The position numbers were made by a program, and so were the translations under genes. DNA of 64,000 nt from Geosiphon pyriformis uo1 (Eukaryota; Fungi; Glomeromycota). How positions within the stretch are numbered: the stretch's first letter is position 1; each line of letters begins with the position of its first letter. Under the pieces are notes generated by a model, which did not search any database, was not told the origin of the DNA, and saw only the letters and a list, made by a program, of their open reading frames with translations. The DNA is taken from assembly GCA_016748015.1 (NCBI GenBank), contig JAAOMT010000479.1, positions 461,824 to 525,823 on the forward strand. Direction: 5' to 3'. This document shows, piece by piece, positions 31,678 to 44,500 of this stretch.

Positions 31678-33201
31678 ATGGCTGCCCAACCGAAAACCGA
31701 GGAAAGGCTGTATCCCTCGCTTGAATCTTTTCGGACTCGTAAAGGGGATAAAGTGACGCGAAAGTACACTCAAGCTCTTAATTCTGACAACTTAGTTGCT
31801 CAAAATCTCAAGAGACCGAAAGGAGAACGACTTTATCCTTCGCTTGACTCTTTTGATTCAAGTAAACAGGACAAAGCGACGAATCAACCGACATACACGG
31901 GCACTTACGCTCTCCGTCTTGGCTATATCCCACCTGACAAGCTACCCAAATCCAAACCTGGTTTCGACCTTCCTGCCACTTATAAAAAACCCTCGACTGC
32001 TTTTTGGAAAAAAAAACTGTGGTGGTGGTTTTTCTACCTTCTACTCGCTACACTATTTTATTATTACTATTGGAAGCCAAACATGGAGATCGGCTTTTGT
32101 GACGAAGAGAATCGTGAGAGGAAAGGTATGAATATTATAGTGAATATTTATTTACAACATTAAATTGCAAATTCTCCAGTTTTCAAGAATCTGCTTTTTT
32201 CAAGACCTACTTGACTATTATACACGAGTTACCTGTACGGAATGCCCTCCACACGCCAAGTGTAGCAATGGAAAATTACTGGGATGTTCAGAGGGATACA
32301 GCTTAGATAAAATTCATCCCTTATTTCAACGTTTTTATCCAACATCACAGCGTTGCGTGCCTGATCGTCAGCAACCCGAAAGGATACAAAAATTAAAGAC
32401 TGCCATCGATAAATTAGTCGCCCAGGAAGCTGGAAAGCTAGCTTGTAAATCTACTTCTGGGAGGTACGAATTTGCTGAAGATTATATCAAAAAATTATTG
32501 AAACCTTCGCTTGTACTCGTACCGGACGATTGGTCAGAAGCAGTTAAACAATTGGAACGCGAAGGCGTGGGCGTAGAAATAGAATGTGATGACAAGTATG
32601 CATTTTTTACGAATATTCAATCAAATTTATTTTGGATCAATGGCTAATGTGCAGATTTGATGAGAATAGAAGGAAATGTTTCTTCCAATCGATGCACCCC
32701 GAGATTCCCCTTATGTGTCGATTTCGAAAAGCGACCTACAATTTCTTGCGGCCATTAATACTCATATTAGTAATAACATTTAGCTCGCTGGTATCAATAT
32801 ATTTTATTTTCGGCCCTCTCGTGAAATGGATATACTCTTTCTATTTGAAAGGTAAAAGAGAAAAGCAAGAAAATCGCGAATACGCAAAACGAATAGCACT
32901 TAAGCTGAACGAATGCTTGCATAAATCCTCAAAAGAAAATGTAAGCGCATGAAATAAGATTTTCATATGTGATCTCATCATAATCTAATTTATTATTTTT
33001 AATGATCTTAAATTAAAGCGCCCATTCTTTCCCATGGCTGTTGAACATGAGATCTTTCGCCATTATCAGCAGCTGCCCACTTATAGATTTCGAAGAATAT
33101 GGAAGGTGGCAATAGAAGAGTTCAAAGAGCTTCCAAATGTCCAAGAAAGGATGTTTGGTCAAGAAACAGGTTATATATTTTTATCTGGGATATCATCCTA
33201 A
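31678..33201 (+). CDS. Src1/Heh1/Man1-family inner nuclear membrane protein (MSC domain), ~435 aa, 4 exons
   Basis: Exons 31678-32125, 32205-32595, 32655-32940 and 33019-33201 join in frame across GT-AG introns. TM1 WWWFFYLLLATLFYYYYW; IGFCD; luminal CTECPPHAKC..C..HPL..CVPD; IPLMCRFR; TM2; C-terminal RRIWKVAIEEFKELPNVQE winged-helix-like motif. Confidence 0.85.
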
Positions 33202-33916
33202 GATTAATTGACGAGATGAAATACCAAAGACAATCATAACTTATACCTTTAATTACTCTGTTTAATTTTCTGGCATTTTGCTAAAACTGAATGCCCCGAA
33301 TTTAAATTTTAATGGCCGCTGGGAGTTTAGTTGAAACCTCGGAAATTTCGGTTTCCTGAGATCCTAAATCCCTAATATCCGTGATGTACCAATAAATGTG
33401 TATGCTCTGTCATGGTGTTTGGTCAATCTTTTAATTAAAGGGAAAATTTTTTGATTCCCTTTCGGAAACTTTTGTTTGTTTGTTAAGCTTCATTATTAAA
33501 TTTTCATGGAGATCTCCACAATAAACTAAATATTGATTAATCAAATCAAATACTTAGATTCCCCCAATTTTTTTGATTCTAAAAATTCCGAATTGTTACA
33601 GCTTTTTTTCAATTTTAAATAAACTTTTGCGTTCAAAATACATGATCTTCGTGATTATTCATTAATACCGTATATAGTTGGACTGTAACTAAAGCTCAAA
33701 AATTAAATTAAATTAAATTAAGATGACAGTAAAATTGTCCTACTGTAAGTTTCTAGATATATCCCCATCACTTACCACCTCGATGCTTCGTGACTAAAGA
33801 ATATTCAACCATGTCCTCGTTTCATACAAATTGCCTATCACTATGTATAAAGTCCAGAAAAGTCTCTTACACTACTTTATCGATTAAGAAATTAAAAGGC
33901 CCAAGTTCTATAATCA

Positions 33917-35936
33917 TCATGAAGGGGGCTCGATAGTAGACTTGGTAAAGTCTAGACTTTCTTCAGATTTATGAACATCACTAGCCCGAACTTCAGGGAT
34001 GGGACAGATCTCCGAGGCTTTCGGATGAGAATCCCAATCGTGCTCCACCAGAAAACAACCAGTTACTGGCTTATGATCGGAAAAGCCTATTACATTCATA
34101 TGACCTGTATAATTCTGTACAATGACCGCGTTAGTTTTTGGAACTCTTGTTTTGTAAATTATTCTATCTGTCCAACTTGGCACTCGTTGTTTCTCACTAG
34201 TATCGTAAGGGGGGGTACAGATCTTTGGTGTACAAAATGAAGGGGCGGAGTATGATTGTGTTATTCGCGGCCTTCGATGTCGATATTCATCGCTGTGATA
34301 GGTGATATCAAATTTGAAAGTAGGTGGAAATGTTATCGGGGCCTCGTGAAAATTAGCCAATATCGGATTTTTTAGAAGTTCTTTTGAGAGTTGATCACGG
34401 GAGAGCAGAGACTGTTGTGAAATAACAGAAAAGAATTATTTGATGACTTCTTTATAAAAGCAAATTTCAAATACACGCCACCACTTACTGCAAAGTCACC
34501 TCTGTCTAATAAGATATTGGCTTCTTGTCGCGACATGTCGACCCGATAATTCATGTCACCAAACCAGAATGCATAATCAAAGCGATCTGTGACATAATTG
34601 AAGGCTTTAATGATAAAAAGACGCGTTACTCAATATATAAAGGCTTGGCTCCATCAATATTCCATACAATAAATAACAAAAAACCTACCTTTATCAGTTG
34701 GAAAAAATCCCTTTAACTTTAATTCTTTCGTTATCTTTTTGACGTCATGTGATCTTTGTTTAAGTTTTGATTGGTGTGCTAAGTTTAAAATAAAGACTTT
34801 TATTAAATCCTGAATGTTTCATTTGCAAGCAAATAATATATCAATAAAATACCTGCTAAGTGGGAATTTATAAACAATAGAGAAGTATTACCAAACAACA
34901 GCGAAATACCGACAGCACCCTGTTAACATAAGATATAAAAAAATTGCGTATTAAAAAATCAAAAATGTAAATATGAGGTTTACTTTGTTAGCAAATAAAT
35001 TAGCGATGCCGGTTGGTATGGATGCATGTTGATATCCTAAATTTAAGAAAAGTATAATATTAACTTATATGAAATCCTCTAAATCAATTTTTTCTAATTC
35101 AATAATCTTCAAATCAAAGCTTACTTTGAACCCAATATTTACATTCAACCCAAACAAAAACGGCCTAGCATGAAAATTTAATGATAATAAATATTATGGT
35201 AAAAGTTCAATAAATCAAATTTCAATTAATCCCTCGAACCATTTACCAAGTGTAGGCCAGCCAAAGTTTCTGCTTTCACTAACACATAATGATGTCCAAG
35301 ATAATCTTTCAAACGAGATTCCCACTCTTCCTTGGAAGGGAAAAATACGGAATGATTGATGTTATGTTGACATTCTTGAGTGCCAATGACAATCAAATGA
35401 TATGGATGATGAGGCAAGCGATCAAGGTAAGGTCTTTTGCAGGCCGTACTTTTTTTGATACAGCGAGGCGCTTCTAAGAAAGGAGCAAGTTCATATGGTG
35501 GTAGCTAAATTCAATTAATTTAAATAGACTTTAATATTTTAGCATTATCTTGATATTTTTTTGAAGTGAAAAATGAAAAAAACACCAAGGCGATTAATAT
35601 TTGGATCTGACCATTGAACTGACGTTACCTTGCCATGCATATTCCAAGTTCCTATAAAAATCTTAAGTTTATTTTTGGCGAATTCATCTTCCTTTGTGAG
35701 TTCACGCGTACTTACATGTTTGCTTTTCTTCGGAGAGAAGAGATTCTTTAAATATGTTTTTAATTGCCTTAATGACGAATACCTTGGGACGCGTTTTGTG
35801 GTGGTGAAAGAGGTTTTCATGATATCCGTATCTAAAAATAAAATGTATGTAAAAAATGAAGATTACATCTAAAGGAGTTCCTACCACATAAAGAGCGGTA
35901 ATGAATACCTTGGCTGCTATTAAAATTGGTTCCCAT
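33917..35936 (-). CDS. Inositol polyphosphate 5-phosphatase (INPP5E/type IV-like), multi-exon
   Basis: IFIGTWNMHGK, VIGTQEC, NKGAVGISLLFGNTSLLFINSHLAAHQ, FDYAFWFGDMNYRVD, FHEAPITFPPTFKFD, KQRVPSWTDRIIY, SDHKPV. About 10 exons; the probable first exon 35936-35909 splices in frame to 35831 (an alternative start lies at 35820). Confidence 0.92.
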
Positions 35937-36192
35937 ATTTTCAGTTTTTAATAAAATAGTGAAACTTATTTTGACAAATGACGATGAAACCTTTGAATGG
36001 GAAAAGGGAAACTACAAAGAGAAGTTTTAAAAGTCCCGAGCCATAAATCGAAATTGAAGCCGCAAATTTGAGGATTCCAAATAACTGCTGTTTGTCAACC
36101 TAAGAGACAAAGATGTTTATACAATGAAAAAATGAGCGTCATAACAGATCTTCATTTGTTTAATAAATAGAGGAACTGAAACTCTTGTTATC

Positions 36193-37759
36193 TTAACATA
36201 GCTTTCGAGCTGTTAAAAAATAATTAACACTCAATTTCCATGGTACCCATTCACCAATTTTTGTCCACTTCTTCGTTATTGGATTGTAACCAACACCGGC
36301 TACGTCTGTAATTATAAAACCTCCTCCCTTTTCAATATCGCTCCTTTTGATAATCTCTTGTAATTCTGCAAATTTTATGTATTTTTCATATTTATGGGTT
36401 TTGTCTGGAACTAATTTCAGAATGTCTTGTGCCATCAATATTGTGAGCAAGTATGACAATGGCGTACGTGAGATTGTAGACATTATCAAATGACCACCAT
36501 CAGGCTACCAAAAAAGAGATTGTAAGGAAAGAATTTTCATCAATTTTTTTTAAGAATTTCTGCTAACCTTAACCAATCCAGTACAGGCTTTAAGAAATTG
36601 CGCGGGGTTATTGACGTGTTCAATAATTTCTAATGCACAAACTATATCGTAGGGCGTTTCATTTTCTAAAAGTTGCTCTTAATAGATTAGGTGTTAGGGG
36701 AAATTAAAATTTTAGACTGGGAATGGAATAGATGTGGGCCTGATAAATCGTATGATTAAGAAAAAAGAGTATCAATCTTGACAGAATAAAATTATGGGTC
36801 GAAGAGGATCAAACATGATCACAGTCTTGGGAGAACTATGGGACCAATTTCAGTGTCCATATTTTACCGGACTAGTGGATGCCTCAAGAAAGCAACCAAA
36901 ATTCGAGTACTGACTCCTTTATCAAGGGATTTCCATCAATCGACCAAGAACAATACTTTTCTTGTTCATTAATAACAGTCCTTTTAAAGTTATCGAGGTC
37001 ATGTTGCACTTACCTACAGTGGTGCATCGATACGTGAGAGATCCTGGGCCATTAAAGATCGCGGGATCTTTCCTGGCATGAAGTTTAGCAACTTCAATAC
37101 TTTCTCTTGACGCATCTGCCCCTAGGACATCTCCGCCTAATCGTGCTAAAGCCTTCTTTCAAAAAACTAAGGGATTGCAAAAAAAACCTAAGCCAAATTA
37201 TAGTATATGACAAATTACCTCCGATAGAATACCACCGCCACACCCGATATCCAAAATACGCAACCCTTTAAATGGATATATGAGCGAGGAAAGATCTAAC
37301 GAAGAGTTGGGTTCTTTTGAGCTTAAATCTGCTTCTTCTCTATCATCCTTTTTTTTATCCAGATCAAATTCATTAGTCATATGTGCCTTTTCAATTTGAT
37401 CTCTAATGTAAGGCAGACGAAAAGAATTCATGCTATGCAAAAGACTCAATGAGCCACTTGGCGACCACCATTCCTTTGACAGATTATTGAACTTTTGAAG
37501 TTCTTCCGAATCGACTGTTGTTTGCCCTGTATTTCTGTGAAACATAGAACTGTGCTGTGTGTCTTTTGAAATTGAAACACTTGAAGAAAGTTAGGAAGAG
37601 CAAAATGTATATTTGATACATATTGTGACTTTCAGTTGTATAAGACAAAATGCATCCTTCAAATAAGGAAACCTACTTTTGCAGACGACGAGCTTTGGTT
37701 AAAATCGAGGCTAATAATTTAACTTGGCTTTGATACTTGGTCGAAAAGGATAGAAACAT
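36193..37759 (-). CDS. COQ3: Ubiquinone biosynthesis O-methyltransferase, mitochondrial
   Basis: Exons 37759-37677, 37579-37219, 37152-37014, 36677-36568 and 36504-36193. Motifs VDSEELQKF..WW...LHSMN..R, LDIGCGGGILSE, LARLG, ALEIIEHV, STISRT..SY, LVPDKTH; basic N-terminal presequence. Confidence 0.95.
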
Positions 37760-38505
37760 ATTCTGTTTTAAGTAAAAAATTCCTTGAATATTTTATTGTA
37801 TTATATATATATATAGCTTATATACATGTTTATTATAAATATAAATTGTACATTATACTAAAACACCAGCATTAGTTTTATTAGAAATCTATATTTTAAC
37901 TTTATAAATTTTAACAGCTTTTGACAATTTGCAAAAATTATACTTTATATTATACTAATAAACCAAAATATTATCAAAATTTACAAAGCTTTAATTATTG
38001 TTCAAATTAATATATTTAATAAAATACATATATATATATTTTAATTTCAAAAAAATTTGCTTTCTAATTTTTTTATTTAATGTGTAATCCAATTTAATAC
38101 AATATAACATAAAATATTTAAATTAAATGTAATTTATGCATTTTTTACATATAATTAACCATAAATTTAATTAAAACTAATTACATTAAAACTATAAAAA
38201 TAAATCTATTTAAAACAGTTATCTTATATATATATTTATAATTAATTATTATTATCAAAATTAAATTAATTAATTATAAAGCTGTTTTATTAATATTTAA
38301 TCTAATTTTAAAAGTTTATATTAGAATTTAGTTTATTATTAAACATATTATTATTAATTATATTATATTTTATCTTAAAATTAATAATTTTTTTATTTAA
38401 ATTATTAACAAATTTTTTTTTATTTCAATATTTAAAAAAAAATACCAATATTATAAGTAATTATATAGTTTATTAATAAATTAATATTATAAATAAATAA
38501 TTAAA

Positions 38506-41500
38506 TTTTTTTTTATTCATTTAACAAGTAAGATTCAAACACTGTTTAGTATAATACATCAAAGAATTAATCTAAACTAAATGTAAATCATGTATTTTCT
38601 ACACATGACCAGTTACTCAAGCTGATTAGAACAACATTAAGCATCTATGTAAACAGAAACAGGACTCTCAATACCCAAAAAAAATAAATAAGATCTATAA
38701 AAACCAAAACCAACACCAAATGCCTTATCAATTCCCAGCAATTTAACCACACCAGTAGAAAACATTGAAGACAGCCCAAAAACCAAACTCAGAACTGACT
38801 CATTACATGGTATTAGCTTATTTTTTTTCATAAAAACACAATGTTTAGCATAAACTAACCAAATCTTTTTCTTAAAGCAAGACAGAAATCACACACAAAG
38901 TCTACAACTTTTTTATCCATGACTTTAAAACCTTTGAAAACAGAAACAGTCTTCTGAATTCAATCTTTAAAAACAAAACTCTTGCAAAAAATTGTATATA
39001 CTGTAGCATTTAAAACACAGAAGGACAGTAATTATAACATGCATAAAGATAAAAGGAAAAGACCAGAAAATGCACACCAAACAGCTGTATAGACATCCAA
39101 TAATTAATGATAAACAGAATTATCAACCATGCAAAAAAAAACATGATCAAAAATCTTAATATTGCTACAATACAAACATAATACACTAGAGTAATACTTA
39201 TCATATAGGTATTTCTAAACAGCAACTAGTAATTGACAATGCAAAGCTTTTATAAAATATGTGCAAATACCAGCAGTAATTTTACTAGTAAAACCAGCAG
39301 CCATATGTAACTCGGAATGTTACACCAAGGATGAGTTAAGCCAATCAACATCTAAGAATAAACTATCATCCAACATTCCAGATCCAGAACCAACTTCTTA
39401 GCATATACAATAAATAAACTAAAAGATTCTACAAACAAAATGTCTAAAATTACCATACATGACACTATCTTTAGCCAAGACACAATGTTCTTTCAAATCA
39501 GAAAAAAGACATTAGGAAGAAAAAAAAGCATCATTAGCAAGTACATTAGCATGTTCATTACCAAAAATATCCAAGTGATCTTTAATTTTGCACCAGCTAA
39601 CATTTAAATTCTTTTTTCTAATAATGTTTATGATGTGCTAATGCTCAACTCAACACTAATTCTGAAAATTTAGATACACTAGACCCAGTTCCGATTTGCA
39701 GATATTTAGAGCAGCCTAACTATTCGTAAAAAAACAAACTGAGCTAAGAGAAAAGACACATTCAAAAACCAACACAATAGTCTGTAGCTCTGTCAAAATA
39801 GAAAACAACAAACCAAAAACCCTAATCTCTAAACTCAAGTTCACATCCCCAAAAAAAACTGCTGCATTAGCTCTTATATTAGCACTTTCTAAGTCCTTTA
39901 GAGATCTGTTTATATAGACAGAAAGACTGTTAGCCATAACATCCAACAAATAACCACAAACATGTTTGAACTTATTAAACTTCAAAACACTTGAAAGTCT
40001 AAAACCACCCAAAAAAGAAAAGCCAACAGGAAAAAAAACTACACCACTAAGAAAATCAATAAAAATCTTAAACCAGTCAGGAAAAAAACCATGTGGATTT
40101 AATTTTTTTTAATACTTGAAAGTTTTTTAATCAAAGATAGCACTTTTTCAATTATGAAACTGTTTTATAAAAGCAATACCATATTACTGAAATAAAGGGA
40201 GAAACCTAAAGAAATCAGACTTACCAAGCACAGTTAACATAGAAGTTCTATTCCAAATATGAAAAGAATTGACTATTGGACTACTTAAGAACAAATTGTA
40301 CCCAATATTACTGGAGGTTTTTGGTCTCTTTTCTTAAATGTTGTTAATGTTGATTTGTTGTGAATTTACATTTCCAGGAAGTAGTTGGACCTCCAGTAAC
40401 TGAATTTATCTTCAAATTATCTCTTATAATTTGAACTTGCTGGGCTTATGAGTGGAATGGCCAATTCTGTACCAGTTGCTTTATGTAGTTATGTTGTAGT
40501 AAATGTCAACTCTTTCCCAGGAATTGTTCGTCTGGAAGCTTACTAAAAATGTGTAGTTACTTTGCTGTGAAAGTCAATTCTTCTACAGGAATTTTGTCTG
40601 TAGGCTATCCTAATGATTGTAATAAGAAAATAAAAATAAAAATAAAAGAAATGTAAAAGAAATAGAATTCTGTCAAGAGAAACGTTTTCTATCCAGGCCT
40701 AGAGTCACTAACAGTTTACTGAAATTGGTAGCTAATCAATTTCAAAACGTTAGTTGGGTTTTTGAGGATTTTCCAAGTACAATAATTAAAGAATTTGGTT
40801 TTTCAAATTATTTGATATTTATTTCTTTTTGTGTGTATAGAAATGGTTTTAAGAGATAAATCTAAAGTAAGATACATTTTCTCAAAGAGAGATGCTCTTC
40901 TTTTATACAACTTGTCATAACACTATTCTATAAACTTGAACTTTGTTATTTTCTACAATTTTGCTGAACTAAAGATACATTTCGGCAAACTACAAGTTAT
41001 TTCTGCGAACTATTAGATATTTTGGTAAACTATCAATTATTTCAGCAAATTTCTACAAATTTTGGTGAACTTTTGAATGTTATATAGTTCGGGGTATTGC
41101 ATAATTTGATCATTGCAATTAGGTTACATTTGTGTTGTGTACAAATTGGGTTATTTAATTAAATGATAATTTTGAACATTTTGCTAATGTAATAAGTAAT
41201 AATTTGAAACAATAATATGCTAATTAATAATAGAATTTATAAGATAATTTTATGCTAAATAATATCTTTAATTTCATCTGGTAACACCAAGAAAAATATA
41301 AACCATGCCAGCTAAAAAATTATTAGATAAACTGAGTCTAATACAAACCAGAAAATTCAAAGAATAAAGTAAACATCAATTTAGAGTCTGCAAGTCAAGA
41401 AACCTGTATAAAAACAAACAACCCAAAATTTTAATAGAGTTCGTGAAACACACAACAAAAGCCACTTTGTTTTCAGCTTAAACCTGCTTAAAAGTTTTCA

Positions 41501-44500
41501 ATTATATAACAAAAGATAATAAAACACATTACCAGAAAAGTTGAGAAGCAAACCAAATTTCAATTTCAAGCCTTTGTGAATTAAAACATCTCACTTCTCA
41601 CATACTCTAACAGAAATAAAGCTGAATTGCATTCTGTAGTTAACAATAGGATAGAAAACAGCCAACACCAAATATGAGAACTGCTTATCCGAAATGGCTT
41701 TTTTTAATACAAAATTGGCAAAAAATCTGACATTCAAATACACCTTGGCCAAACTAGACTTTGACAAACTCTTAATAAACAGAAAAATACCCAGGTAGTA
41801 ATAAGACTCTTCTTTCCTAGCAATGGAAATAGGTGAATTACTGATTGACAAAAAAGAGCATTTAACTCTGCAATTAATAGGAATGGCTACTGTCTTGTTA
41901 TTATTAATAGAAATATTATTGATTCTAAAAAATTCATTAGCAATATTGAGAATGTGTTGTGTTGCAGTTTGACTGCCACCAACTTAGATTGTATCATTGA
42001 CAAAAGCACCAGCAGTGAGAAAAAATGTTAATTCAGTCTGAAATTCCACATGACTAGTTCTGGCAACAAAATAAAAATTCAATCTATATCCACACATACT
42101 TCTTTGTTTCTTGACTTTACATAAAAAAGAATCATAAAAAATGTGCCAAAGAAGAGGTAAAAACATCTCTTCTTGATTCAAACTATTATGTATTTGATAT
42201 TTATCTGTCAATCCAAAATTAATTATAATTCTGTTGACATGATTATTGTAAATGTTACCAAAAAACCTAATGAACTTGTTACACATTTTTATATCAAGCT
42301 TTTTCTAAGATGCTTCCAACCAACAGAATCATAAGCCTTTTACATGTTCTATAAGACCAGTCAAAATTTACAGTTTTTTTTTAAAGTATTTTCAATAACC
42401 AAACCAATGGCAAAAATAGAAGATTGCATTATTATACCTTTTAAAACCAAGAAATTGTTCTCTTATAAAACATCAAAAGTGCTGTATGCCAAAGAAATCC
42501 TGTTCAAAAAAATCTTGAAAAGAATTTTATAGGCAGTTTTAATCAAGACAATAGATTAGGTGTTCATGAGAACTCCTTTCCACTCATATGATTTGAGAAT
42601 CATTGAAACCCAAGCTTTCTTTCAACCACTAAACACCAACTTATGAGATAAACAAGAATTCAAAAGCACTAAAAACATATTTAAAACCAATCTGTCACAA
42701 TGCTTTCAGAGCTTATTTGAGACTTCAGAAAAACCAGCAGCTTTGTTATTAGACAAACCAAAAACCACATTGAGCAACTTATTGATATTAATCAGACTTA
42801 TCATATTTGAAAAAGCATTATTAAAAATGTATTTTAATAATTGATATTAACAAAATTAGTTATTAGAGAAATCCACTACCATCTTATGCTTTCTAGTCCA
42901 GTTTTTTATAATTATATTTACCTTGGTTTTAACCAGATTAGATTTCAGAATCAGTTTATCTTCAACAACCAGATGATTTAAAACCACTTTTTGAAAAGGA
43001 CACTCTAGTACATTCTTAATTATGTGATCTTTATTGACTACAAAGTTTTCCATTTGTCTATTAACAACTACTTTAATTCTTGACTCTTTAGCTTGTAAGA
43101 ATTCAGCAAACTTAAAGACCCAATATAATTTTCACACACTAAAAAGAGCCAAATACACACAATTAAGATCCACACCAGAACCCAACAAAGCCTAAACTGA
43201 TGAGGCTCTATTGATGTCCAAAGATGTTCAATGGTTTATTAAAAACTCAAACATATTATTAACACCTCTATGCAAAGATTTAATTATTCTTGACACCAAA
43301 ATTTTTAACTTATGAAACTTAGAAAACTTCTTAGTAAAAACATTATCAAAACTCTTGAATTATTTCTTCTTGAAAATCTCATTTGCCAAGAGATATATCA
43401 CTTTGTAAACAGTATTCCACATAGCATCCAGATTTATAAATCTCTCAGACACAAAAAACTTATTGGAGAACATTGCTGCATTTGCCACTGTAGACTCTTT
43501 AAACCTGTATCATTTTGCTTCATTAGCATTCTTGATATCAAACTTTCAATAATCTTTGTTTGCTTGTTTGTAAAGAAAGTTTAACTGTGTATCCAAAAGT
43601 TCATCCAAATCCACAGACACAAAACTAGCTTGGTAATTAGTGTTAAAGTGTTTGTTAACATCCAAAACATTATAACTCACTACAACATTAACCAAATTTG
43701 AGGAAATAAATACATAGTTTATTGTTTTTTTAGCACTTCTTGAATTTTTCTACATAAAATTTTTTGCAACTGAACTTTTTGACAGAGAATTTACCAACCC
43801 TAAATTGAGACACTTTTTGAAACTGGCACACCTGCACAAATTATCTTTGTTAAAATCTCTATTCAAGACAACAAAAAAAGATTCATTTACTGTTCTTGTA
43901 ATCAAAGAGTTGATCTCCTCAGTCTAAGACAAATGCATAAACAGCACGGCACCAACAAAAAGTCCCAGAATCGAAACAGATAACTTATTTTTAAAAAGCA
44001 GCCTAATAGACAAAAGTCTACCAGCAATCTCTGAAACCTTACACACATGTTTTACCAAAGCAACATTTATTATAATCACAAGACCAAAGCCCAGATGACT
44101 AAACTCCAAACCAGATATAAACACCCAAACTCCATCAAACTTATTCTCAATTCATGAATGAACTCTATTTCTTAATTTTATTTTAGTAATAATAAATACC
44201 AAATTGTTTATTTCCTTATGTTAACAGACAATATCTATTTGCTTGACAGAATTATTCATGCCTCTAATATTGTATATAGCTATCTTTTAAACTAACACAC
44301 TCATTGAGATGAATGAAGAGCCAACAAACCTGAACCAGAGCACAAACTATTCAACCTTTTTAAAACAGAATTAATAAATACTTCCAAAGCCACCATCTTT
44401 GACTTTAAACCACCCACCTTGGTAATTAGAACCTTAGAACTACTTGAACTGAAGTCTGCAATTACATCAACAACAACTGGAAAGGGAGGAGCAGATGACA

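Noticed and set aside
35832-35866. 35-nt first intron in the 5-phosphatase gene
   Set aside because: In frame, but the donor at 35908 gives a 77-nt intron typical of this locus and is preferred.
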